Assembly: GCA_963662445.1 (NCBI GenBank)
Contig: OY759590.1
Coordinates: 1,472,249 to 1,536,248 of the forward strand
Direction: 5' to 3'
From: Desulfarculia bacterium
GTDB taxonomy: Bacteria; Desulfobacterota; Desulfarculia; Adiutricales; JAGVGV01
DNA length: 64,000 bases
Program-made: the position numbers and the translations under genes
The notes under the pieces: generated by a model
The model's database searches: none
What the model was told of the DNA's origin: nothing
Seen by the model: only the letters and a program-made list of their open reading frames with translations
Shown: piece after piece, positions 8,579 to 17,087 of the stretch
How positions within the stretch are numbered: position 1 is the first letter of the stretch
Layout: every line of letters starts with the position of its first letter

Positions 8579-9010
8579 GTTGACAAACCCCTTTGTTGTC
8601 TTTAGCAAGCTGACTGGCACCCCCAAAGCCGATTTTCCGGTTTCCTCTTTCTCCGGCGAACACGGACGTTCACCCCCCGGCGAAGGGCTGATTTGGGGTA
8701 GCGACCAGCGGGAGCGTAGGGGACAACGTCCCCTCGTGGCGTGCAGGCGCAGCCTGCCGTTCGACGGGTTAAAAGAGGCCGGGGGTTCCAAGGGGACGCG
8801 GCCGCTTGGGCGTCCCCTTGGTCTGGCAGGCTTTCGCCTGCACCCGGCTCCGGAGGCTGACGCCTCCGGTTTTATATTCCATCTTTACGCGGGGGCAGCG
8901 ACCAGCGGGAGCGCTGGGGGCGGCCAGCCCCAGAGTGGGTCCAGGCGACAGCCTGGGGCGAAGCATCCCGCCTGAACAGTCATTCTCGGAGTCTTCTTTT
9001 CTTTTGCTTG
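8579..9010. repeat. Mosaic intergenic repeat, locus 1 (chain of hairpin modules, E-D-C-B-A-F')
   Basis: 8579-8822 is about 96% identical by eye to the reverse complement of 27089-27332. 8801-8975 is about 93% identical to the reverse complement of 24538-24722. The element is built from consecutive 6-10 bp GC stems. Confidence 0.8.
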
Positions 9011-9258
9011 TATCCAACTTTTTGGGCTCTGTATTTTTCTTTTTGTATAAACCAGTTCAACTGGCCTGTTTTTTGACGAAAGCGGCCGGTTGGTATTTAC
9101 AAAATGACGATAAATAAATAAGTTATAATCAGGAAAGCCCCAAATATGGTGGCTGGAATTGACTTACCCATTCCCTCGAAGGCCAACAAAAGGAAACAAA
9201 AAAGAAAACTCCGCCGAAACCTTCTTGGGGAAAAATGGATTGCCGGATTGGAGGCCTC

Positions 9259-10032
9259 ATGATTACCAATCTTTTTTCGCGGCTCACTGCTCTGGCTCTG
9301 TTTGTCTCCCTCGCCTTGCTCCTGACCCCCGCTACGGCTCCGGCCGCTCAGGTGACGGCCCGCGAAATCCTGGACAGGGTGGATGATCTTTACCGCGGCC
9401 GCTCCAGCCGGGGCGTAATGACCATGACCATCACCACCGCCCACTGGACCCGTTCCCTGACCCTCGAGGCCTGGACCGAAGGCAAGGACAAATCCCTGAT
9501 CCGCATCCTGGCTCCCAACAAGGAAAAAGGCACCGCCACCCTGCGCGTGGTCAACGATATCTGGAATTACCTGCCCAAAGTCAACCGGGTCATCAAGTTG
9601 CCTTCCTCCATGATGTCCGCCTCCTGGATGGGCTCACACTTCACTAATGACGATTTGGTCAAGGAAAGCCGCATGACCGAGGATTTCGACTTCGAGGTCA
9701 CCTTTCAGGGGGAAAAAGACGGCCGGGAAATCCTGGAACTCACCTGCATCCCCAAACCTGAAGCCGCCGTGGTCTGGGGCCGGATACTGGTGGTTGTCCA
9801 GCCTGTGGATTATCAGCCCATCCGCATACTCTATTACGACGAAGACCTCAATCTGGCCCGGACCATGTCTTTTGGCGAAGTCAGGCAGTTCGGCGACCGG
9901 ACCTTGCCGTCGCTCATGACCATTGTCCCGGTTGACAAACCGCAAGAAAAAACCGAGATTCTTTACGAGGAAATAGCTTTCAACCTGGATCTCGAACCGG
10001 AAACTTTCTCTCTGCGCTCCCTGACACAATAA
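9259..10032 (+). CDS. Outer-membrane lipoprotein-sorting (LolA-like) periplasmic protein
   Basis: Signal peptide MITNLFSRLTALALFVSLALLLTPATAPAAQ. ILDRVDDLYRG...MTMTITTAHWTRSLTLEAWTEGKDKSLIRILAPNKEKGTATLRV is typical of the LolA-like family found next to FtsX permeases. GGAGG 5 nt before ATG at 9259. Confidence 0.8.
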   Translation: MITNLFSRLTALALFVSLALLLTPATAPAAQVTAREILDRVDDLYRGRSSRGVMTMTITTAHWTRSLTLEAWTEGKDKSLIRILAPNKEKGTATLRVVNDIWNYLPKVNRVIKLPSSMMSASWMGSHFTNDDLVKESRMTEDFDFEVTFQGEKDGREILELTCIPKPEAAVVWGRILVVVQPVDYQPIRILYYDEDLNLARTMSFGEVRQFGDRTLPSLMTIVPVDKPQEKTEILYEEIAFNLDLEPETFSLRSLTQ

Positions 10033-10043
10033 GGAGAACGACC

Positions 10044-11261
10044 GTGAGCCTGCTGGTCTTCGCCTGGCGCAACCTCTGGCGCAATTCCCGGCGCACCATG
10101 ATCACCCTGGCCGCCGTGGGCCTTAATACGGCCGTGCTCATTGCCAGCTTCGCCCTCATGGACGGCCTGATGAACAACGCCCTCTCCAACGCCACCAATC
10201 TGGTGGTGGGCGAAGCCCAGCTCCATAACCCGGCCTACCTGGCCCGCCGCTCTTTTTACGAAAGCCTGGATACCCCCGACGAAATCCTCGCCCGCCTGGA
10301 TCGGCAGGGTCTGTCTGCTTCCGCCCGCAGTTACGGTTACGGGCTGGTGGCCCACCAGACCAAGTCGGCGGGCGCTCTCTTCTGGGGCATAGACCCCGCA
10401 AGGGAAAGGACCGCCTTCGATCTGTCCGGACACCTTGCAACCGGCCGTTTCCTGACCTCGGCAGCCGCCCGCGAACTGGTTCTGGGCCGCAAGCTGGCCC
10501 GTTCCCTCAATGTGCACGAGGGCGACGAACTGGTCGTGGTCGTCCAGGCCGCCGACGGTTCACTGGGTAATGAACTTTACACCGTGGCCGGGGTTCTCAA
10601 GTCGGCTGGAGACGCAATAGACCGCAACGCGGTCATCATGCACCGGGACGATTTTGCCGAACTCTTTGTCTCGGATGGCCGGGTCCACGAAATAGCCCTC
10701 AATTCCCGTGGCGCACTACCTTTGGAACAACTGACCGCCGAAGCGGGCCTGGCCGCGCCGGAAGCTGAAGTCAAGACCTGGCGTCAGCTCCTGCCTGCCC
10801 TCTCCGACATGGTCAACATCTTTGACGTCAGTATCGCCATCTTCGGCCTCATTTTTTTCCTGGCGGCCGGACTGGGCGTCATGAACACCATGCTCATGGC
10901 CACGTTTGAACGGACACGCGAGTTCGGCATCATCAAGGCCCTGGGAGGCACCCCCTGGCGCATCGTCCGCGACGTGGCCGCCGAAGCCCTGGTTCTGGGC
11001 GTTTTCGCTTCGCTCGCGGGCGTTATTTTGGGTGTGGCCGTCGCATGGTACCTGCAAGAATTCGGCCTGGACACGACCTCTCTGGCCGGTCAGTACACCG
11101 TGGTAGGCGTGGCGTTCGACCCGGTCTGGCGGGCCGTGCTGAGCATCAAGGCCGTGGTCTGGCCCGTGCTCGGCATGTGGCTGGTCTCCCTGCTGGCCGC
11201 CTTGTACCCGGCCTGGCTGGCCGCCCGGCTCAACCCGGTCAAGGCCATACATCAGGCCTGA
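10044..11261 (+). CDS. ABC transporter permease, FtsX/MacB type
   Basis: 405 aa. FAWRNLWRNSRRTMITLAAVGLNTAVLI N-terminal motif, a large loop between TM1 and TM2, and a C-terminal FtsX domain (ERTREFGIIKALGGTPWRI). Confidence 0.85.
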   Translation: MSLLVFAWRNLWRNSRRTMITLAAVGLNTAVLIASFALMDGLMNNALSNATNLVVGEAQLHNPAYLARRSFYESLDTPDEILARLDRQGLSASARSYGYGLVAHQTKSAGALFWGIDPARERTAFDLSGHLATGRFLTSAAARELVLGRKLARSLNVHEGDELVVVVQAADGSLGNELYTVAGVLKSAGDAIDRNAVIMHRDDFAELFVSDGRVHEIALNSRGALPLEQLTAEAGLAAPEAEVKTWRQLLPALSDMVNIFDVSIAIFGLIFFLAAGLGVMNTMLMATFERTREFGIIKALGGTPWRIVRDVAAEALVLGVFASLAGVILGVAVAWYLQEFGLDTTSLAGQYTVVGVAFDPVWRAVLSIKAVVWPVLGMWLVSLLAALYPAWLAARLNPVKAIHQA

Positions 11262-11281
11262 GAACTGATGGAGGACTGCGC

Positions 11282-12508
11282 ATGATCCTGAAACTGGCTT
11301 GGCGAAGCCTCTGGCGCAACCGCCGCCGGACCGTCATCACGGTCTGCTCCATCGGCTTCGGACTGGCCTTTGCCATCTTCTTCGTGGCTCTGGGCGAAGG
11401 CATGTACAACCAGATGATCGAGCAGGTGGTGCGCATGCAGGCCGGGCACATCACCATCGAACACCCCGAATATGCGTCCGCTCCGGCGGTCGATCTTTAT
11501 ACCCCCCAGTCGCCTGAACTGGCCGGAACTCTGGTTTCGTGGCCGGACATCGAATTGACCAAGGAAATCATCCTCGGTCAGGGCATAGCCAAATCCGGCG
11601 CCGGTTCCGTGGGGGCGGCCCTGATGGGCGTGACGCCTTCCGTTGAAGCCCGCAGCTCACCCCTGGCCCGCAATCTGGTCAAGGGGACCTACCTTGAGGA
11701 CGGCGACGACCGCCTAGTGGTGATCGGCGCGGACATGGCCGAAACTCTCAATCTGGACCTGGGTAAGAAAATGGTTCTGACCACCAACGATGTGGACGGC
11801 AATCTGGTTGAAGAACTTTGCCGGGTCAAAGGCATCTTCCGGACCGGCAGCCAGGAGATCGACGCCTATTTTGTCCAGGCCCCGCTGGATTTCACCCGGC
11901 GGCTCTTCCGGCTGCCCGCCGATGCGGCCACCCAGGTCGGCCTGATCCTGCGGGATCCCGATCACCAGGGCAGGGTCATGAGCGAGGTCCGGGACAGCCT
12001 GCGGAACCGGTCTCTGGCTGTCCGGCCCTGGCAGGAAGTCATGCCGGAACTGTCCTCGTACATCAAGATGGACCGGGGTTCCAATATCATCTTTCAGGGC
12101 ATTCTCATTTTTCTGGTCCTCTTCACCATCTTCAACACCATCCTCATGTCGGTGCTGGAAAGGCAAAGGGAGTTCGCCATCCTGTTGGCCGTGGGCACCC
12201 GCCCGCTCCAGTTGAGGCTCCAGATACTGGCCGAATCGGCCTTTCTCGGCCTGCTCGGCTGTTCCGTGGGACTCCTGTGCGGAGCGCTGGCTTCCTGGCT
12301 GGTCAACTACATCGGGGTGGATCTCAGTTCCTTTCTCCAGGAAGGCATACAGATATCCGGTTTCGCCATGTCCACCACCCTGCGGACCAGAATCACGCCC
12401 CAGATTCTCTTCACGTCATCCGCCATCGTCTTCGGGGCGACCCTTATTATCAGCCTCCTGCCCATGAAGCGCGCCGTCGGCGTGCCCATGGCCGACCTGC
12501 TGCGCTGA
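11282..12508 (+). CDS. ABC transporter permease, FtsX/MacB type (second paralogue)
   Basis: MILKLAWRSLWRNRRRTVITVCSIGFGLAF...ERQREFAILLAVGTRPLQL. I took ATG at 11282 rather than the long upstream ORF extension that overlaps the preceding gene. Confidence 0.85.
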   Translation: MILKLAWRSLWRNRRRTVITVCSIGFGLAFAIFFVALGEGMYNQMIEQVVRMQAGHITIEHPEYASAPAVDLYTPQSPELAGTLVSWPDIELTKEIILGQGIAKSGAGSVGAALMGVTPSVEARSSPLARNLVKGTYLEDGDDRLVVIGADMAETLNLDLGKKMVLTTNDVDGNLVEELCRVKGIFRTGSQEIDAYFVQAPLDFTRRLFRLPADAATQVGLILRDPDHQGRVMSEVRDSLRNRSLAVRPWQEVMPELSSYIKMDRGSNIIFQGILIFLVLFTIFNTILMSVLERQREFAILLAVGTRPLQLRLQILAESAFLGLLGCSVGLLCGALASWLVNYIGVDLSSFLQEGIQISGFAMSTTLRTRITPQILFTSSAIVFGATLIISLLPMKRAVGVPMADLLR

Positions 12509-12517
12509 GGTGTCCTT

Positions 12518-13234
12518 TTGACCGGTATAGTCAAGGTGAACGGCCTGATGAAAGACTACGGCGAAGGCCGTACGGTGATAACTCAGGCCCTGCGGGGCGT
12601 GGAACTGACCCTGGAGGCCGGTGAGTTCACGGCCATGGCCGGACCGTCCGGTTCGGGCAAGAGCACCCTTCTCAACATCATCGGCGGATTGGACCGGCCG
12701 ACCAGCGGCCATGTTTCCGTGGAAGGCCGGGACCTGACCGGGCTGTCGGACACGGAACTCAGCGTGCTGCGCCGCGAAAGGATCGGCTTCATCTTTCAGT
12801 CTTACAACCTCATCCCTGTCCTGACCGTGCTGGAGAACGCCGAATACGTCCTCATGCTCCAGGGACGTCCCGCCGATGAACGGCGCGCCCGCGTCCGGAC
12901 CATCCTCCGGGAAGTCGGACTTGATGGACTGGAGAAACGTTTTCCCCGCGAACTGTCCGGAGGCCAGCAGCAGCGGGTGGCCATCGCCCGGGCCATCGCC
13001 CCGGAACCTGCCCTGGTGCTGGCCGACGAGCCCACGGCCAACGTGGATTCCAAGACCGCCGGAGGGCTTCTGGAACTGATGAGGAGGCTCAACGAGGAAA
13101 AGGGAACCACCTTCCTCTTTTCCACTCATGATCCGGCGGTCATGAAGAAAGCCCGCCGTTTGCTCCTGCTCAAGGACGGCCGCATTCAGACCGACGGCGG
13201 TCCCGGTGAAACCCCGCATGAAATGCCGGACTGA
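12518..13234 (+). CDS. ABC transporter ATP-binding protein (LolD/MacB-like)
   Basis: Walker A GPSGSGKST, signature LSGGQQQRVAIARA, Walker B LVLADEPT. Confidence 0.9.
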   Translation: MTGIVKVNGLMKDYGEGRTVITQALRGVELTLEAGEFTAMAGPSGSGKSTLLNIIGGLDRPTSGHVSVEGRDLTGLSDTELSVLRRERIGFIFQSYNLIPVLTVLENAEYVLMLQGRPADERRARVRTILREVGLDGLEKRFPRELSGGQQQRVAIARAIAPEPALVLADEPTANVDSKTAGGLLELMRRLNEEKGTTFLFSTHDPAVMKKARRLLLLKDGRIQTDGGPGETPHEMPD

Positions 13235-14528
13235 AATCCTGACGATTGGCTTTGCCCTGGCTCTGCTGTTTTTTCCGGCCTCGGCGGCCTTGGCCCTGTG
13301 CGGCAACACGGAGAGCGCTTTCGGTCTTGACGGCAGCCTGCGCACCGTGGCCGCCGCCGTGCGTAATTACGACTTCAGCCCTCTGTTCGGCCCGGACAAC
13401 GAAGAGGATGAATACTCCCAGACCCTCCTGCGCCTGACCGCCGCCGGACGCCCGACCGACAATCTGGCCTATCAGGTGCATCTGGTTCAGAGCCTGACCA
13501 CCTTTTCAGGACAAGAAGGGAACTCGTCCGGTGCTTTCAACCTTTCCGGGAATCGCACCCGTTACCGGTCCCTGGACGATTCCTGGAACTGGCTCAGCGG
13601 CGAGCACACCTCCGCCGGACTCTGGCTGGACCGCTTCAATGTCCGCATAATCTTTCCCAACGCCGATCTGACCCTGGGCCGCCAGGCCGTCACCTTCGGC
13701 AAGGCCTATTTCTGGAACCCGCTCGACGTCTACCTGCCTTTCGATCCACGCCAGTTCGACCGGGACTACAAGGCCGGAGTTGATGCCGTGCGCCTAGACG
13801 TGCCTCTGGGCTTCTTTTCGGGAATCAATCTGGTCGCCGTCTTCGGCCGTGAGATATTTTCGGACGGTTCGTCCACAGATGGACAACGGTTCCTGGAGGC
13901 CGATTGGAACGGTTCTTCTCTGTTGGCCCGTTTTTTCACCAACGCGGCCGGCTGGGACCTGGCCGTTCAAGGCGGAAAGATATACGGAGGATGGCAAATC
14001 GGCGGCGGTCTGGTGGGCGAGCTGTTCGGTCTGGAAATACGCGCCGAAGCCGCTCTGTTTTGGGCGGAAGACAGCCCGGACATGCCTTTCCCCTATCAGG
14101 GACAGGTTTATGAAAACAGCTTCACCGCCGTCCTGGGACTGGGACGCCGCTTCGAAAACTCCCTGACCGTCGAAGCCGAATACCTTTACAACGGAGCCGG
14201 GTCGGAAAATCTGAATGAATCCATGGTCCGCTCGGCCTCTGGAGGGTTGCTGCACCTTGGCCGCCATCTGGCCGGACTGACCGTTGCCTACGACCTCCTG
14301 CCCATCCTGGTCGGCCGGCTGGCCATAATCCATTCCTTTACCGACGCCTCCACCCAGATTCAGCCCACCCTGACCTGGTCGGCCGCCGACAACGCGGAAG
14401 TGATCGCCGGAGCCAGCCTGAATTACGGTGAACGTCCCGCAACGAATAATTCGGGATTGACCGACATTCGCAGCGAATTAGGTCTCAACCCCGATTACTA
14501 TTTTGCCGAGTTCAAGATTTATTTCTGA
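13206..14528 (+). CDS. Putative outer-membrane beta-barrel protein of unknown family
   Basis: 440 aa. Signal peptide (ILTIGFALALLFFPASAALA), alternating aromatic/polar composition, and a C-terminal ...YFAEFKIYF ending in Phe, as in many OMPs. Overlaps the ATPase gene by 29 nt. Confidence 0.55.
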   Translation: MKPRMKCRTEILTIGFALALLFFPASAALALCGNTESAFGLDGSLRTVAAAVRNYDFSPLFGPDNEEDEYSQTLLRLTAAGRPTDNLAYQVHLVQSLTTFSGQEGNSSGAFNLSGNRTRYRSLDDSWNWLSGEHTSAGLWLDRFNVRIIFPNADLTLGRQAVTFGKAYFWNPLDVYLPFDPRQFDRDYKAGVDAVRLDVPLGFFSGINLVAVFGREIFSDGSSTDGQRFLEADWNGSSLLARFFTNAAGWDLAVQGGKIYGGWQIGGGLVGELFGLEIRAEAALFWAEDSPDMPFPYQGQVYENSFTAVLGLGRRFENSLTVEAEYLYNGAGSENLNESMVRSASGGLLHLGRHLAGLTVAYDLLPILVGRLAIIHSFTDASTQIQPTLTWSAADNAEVIAGASLNYGERPATNNSGLTDIRSELGLNPDYYFAEFKIYF

Positions 14529-14781
14529 GAAAGATCGGTCTGTTGCCAAACCATGCGGCTGATGGCTGGTTTGATTACCGGCTCCAATGCTTGTTTAAGC
14601 CGCCCTTGTCTTTTTATCCTTTCCAGTCAATCCCGCCGTGGGCAAACGGCCAACGGCCGCCACCAAATGTTCCGCAGGGAGACTTGGTCGGCAAGCTCAA
14701 CGGCGCTTTTTGCCGTCCGGCTGGCGAACCGGTTCTTTCCGATGTATCATTAAAGAGGACATCCGAGGGGAGAGATATCGT

Positions 14782-17064
14782 ATGCGCAACCTCTGGTTGG
14801 TGGTTGGATTGTGTTTTGCTGTCTTTTGGGCGGGAGTGTTTTGGGTGCTTCAGACCCCTGAAACTCCGGAATACAGCCCGGCGACTGCGGCGAAAAATGA
14901 AATTCCGGCTGATTCTGACAACATATCGGCGGAGGCCAAGGGGCGGCCTGTCCTTTTGGCCGTGATAGCCCCTCTGACGGGTCTGTCGACAGGAGTGGAA
15001 CCGGTCATATCGGCGGTAGTGGATTTCTGTGCGGAAAAAATCAACTCCAGCGGCGGAATTCTGGGCCGCAAGGTTGAGGTGTTGCACCTGGACAATCACA
15101 ACACGCCTCTGGGTTCCAAACGGGCGGCCGAGGAGGCTGTCAAGGCTCGGGTTTCGGCGGTCATTGGCGGCCGGAACAGTTCCGACGTCATGGCCATGGG
15201 GGTGGTCCTTCAGGAAGCTGGCATCCCCCTGGTGGCGGCAAGTGCCAGCAACCCTCAGGTGACCCGGCTGGGGGATTACATCTTCCGGGTGCATTACACG
15301 GATTCTTTCCAGGGAGCCGCCCTGGCCCGTTTCGCCAGGGAGGACCTGGGGGCGAGGACCGCGGCTCTGGCTGTGAATGTGAGCAATTCCTACAGCCCTT
15401 TTCTGGCGGAGGTCTTCATCGAGCAGTTCAGCCAGTTGGGCGGCCAGGTGGTGAGCCGGGTCGATTATGTCTCCGAAACCCACGATTTCGGGGAGGTGGG
15501 GGCAAAGATCGCCAAGGCCGCCGCTGATCTGGTCTTTATACCCGGTTACGAGACAGACAGCGCCCTGCTTGTGGCCGCAGCCCGGCGGGCTGGCGCGGCT
15601 TCGGTCTTCATGGGCGGCGACGGTTGGGACAAGCCCATGTACCGCATTGCCGGGCAAGCCGTGGAAGGCGGTTATTTCGCCGCCGCCTGGCATCCACGGG
15701 CGGAATCTTACCCAGGCTTGGCTGGCGAATTGGGCCAGTGGATAGAGCGCAGAGGGGACGGGAATATGGATATAGAAGCCCTGACCCTGGACGCAGCCTT
15801 TCTGGTTTTCGACGCCATACGGCGGGCCGGAACGGACGAGCCCGGACCTGTAAGGGACGCCCTGGCTGCGACCGACGGTTTTGAAGGTATAACGGGCAGC
15901 TACAGTTTCGACCGGAACGGCGACCCCGAGAAGGCCCTGGTTATGGTCCGTCTGGCTGGCGGAAGCATTGATTATGTCAAAACCCAATCTCCCGAGCGGG
16001 TCCCTGTGGCCGTGATTTTCGCCAAGACAGGAAATGCGGCCGAGCTCAATCTGTCCGGCTTTGAAGCGGCGCGCTTCGCGGCGGAAGAAATCAACTTGCG
16101 GGGGGGGGGGCTGGGGCGCCGCATCGTGCTTCTGGAATACGACAACGAAAGCACGTCCCTCGGTTCCCGCCGGGCGGCCGAACAGTCCGTGGCAGACGGA
16201 GCGGCCGCCGTCATCGGCGCTTCCTGGAGTTCCCATTCAGAGGCCATGGCCGCCGTGCTGCAACAGGCTGGAATACCCATGATTACCCCGATTTCGACAC
16301 ATCCTGGGGTAACTTTGGATCGGGACTTTGTCTTTCGCATCTGTTTCAACGACCAGCAGCAGGCCGACGCGATGGCCTTGTTCGCTTTGAGAGATCTGAG
16401 GGCGAAGACCGCCGCGGTCCTGGTCAACGCCAACAATCAGTATTCGGCGGATCTGGCGGATTTTTTCATCAGGCGCTTCAGAGAGGATGGCCTGGTCGTC
16501 TCGAAACTCGACTATCTGAATGAAACAAACGACTTCCGGCCAATATTGGAGACACTGATACTCCTGCGCCCGGACGTGGTTTTTATCCCCGGCTACGCCA
16601 GGGATTCGGCCTTCATCATCAGACAGGCCCGGAGCATGGGGCTGGGGAGCATATTTTGGGGCGGTGACGGCTGGGTGGAAAACATGTATGAATATGCTCC
16701 TTCGGAGATCGAGGGCAGCTACTTCACCGGGCACTGGCATGTGGACAACCCTGACCCGCGCAGCCGGGACTTTGTCGCCCGTTATGCTTCCGGGAATAAG
16801 CTTTATCGGCAGAGCCTGGCTGCCTTGACTTACGACTCTGTGTTTCTGCTGGCCGACGCTATGCGCCGGGCAGCTTCCACGGACCCGGCGGCCGTAAGGG
16901 ACGCTCTGGCCGCCACTCGTGATTTTATCGGCGTCACAGGCCCTGTGGCTTTTGACTCAAACGGCGACCCGGATAAACCCGTGGGCATACTGCGTTTTGA
17001 CCGGGGGAGAGCCGGTTTCGAAAAGTCTGTGCATTCGCGGCTTCCCGGACGGAACCGGGATTGA
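14782..17064 (+). CDS. Membrane-anchored protein with two tandem LivK-type (type-1 periplasmic binding protein) domains
   Basis: MRNLWLVVGLCFAVFWAGVFWVL anchor, followed by two repeats of the same about 340 aa pattern (GGILGRKVEVLHLDN...AVIGG... / GGGLGRRIVLLEYDN...AVIGASWSS...). I took ATG at 14782, which has an upstream GAGGGGAG. Confidence 0.8.
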   Translation: MRNLWLVVGLCFAVFWAGVFWVLQTPETPEYSPATAAKNEIPADSDNISAEAKGRPVLLAVIAPLTGLSTGVEPVISAVVDFCAEKINSSGGILGRKVEVLHLDNHNTPLGSKRAAEEAVKARVSAVIGGRNSSDVMAMGVVLQEAGIPLVAASASNPQVTRLGDYIFRVHYTDSFQGAALARFAREDLGARTAALAVNVSNSYSPFLAEVFIEQFSQLGGQVVSRVDYVSETHDFGEVGAKIAKAAADLVFIPGYETDSALLVAAARRAGAASVFMGGDGWDKPMYRIAGQAVEGGYFAAAWHPRAESYPGLAGELGQWIERRGDGNMDIEALTLDAAFLVFDAIRRAGTDEPGPVRDALAATDGFEGITGSYSFDRNGDPEKALVMVRLAGGSIDYVKTQSPERVPVAVIFAKTGNAAELNLSGFEAARFAAEEINLRGGGLGRRIVLLEYDNESTSLGSRRAAEQSVADGAAAVIGASWSSHSEAMAAVLQQAGIPMITPISTHPGVTLDRDFVFRICFNDQQQADAMALFALRDLRAKTAAVLVNANNQYSADLADFFIRRFREDGLVVSKLDYLNETNDFRPILETLILLRPDVVFIPGYARDSAFIIRQARSMGLGSIFWGGDGWVENMYEYAPSEIEGSYFTGHWHVDNPDPRSRDFVARYASGNKLYRQSLAALTYDSVFLLADAMRRAASTDPAAVRDALAATRDFIGVTGPVAFDSNGDPDKPVGILRFDRGRAGFEKSVHSRLPGRNRD

Positions 17065-17087
17065 ATGATATCAAGGGGTAAGGTTTG

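Noticed and set aside
8600-8620. TGGCACCCCCAAAGCC inside repeat module E, considered as a sigma-54 -24 element.
   Set aside because: There is no TTGC -12 element at the correct spacing. The TGGCAC is also not conserved in the other copy of the module, where 27281-27296 has CTGCAC.
8580-8975. ORFs predicted inside the repeat loci: 8580-8975, 8806-9117, 24400-24759, 24418-24801, 26516-27346, 27033-27398, 46268-46657 and 46422-46790.
   Set aside because: They appear on both strands of the same repeats. They owe their length to repeat GC content, lack ribosome-binding sites, and encode Gly/Arg/Pro-rich nonsense. The hairpin structure explains the repeat conservation better than coding does.
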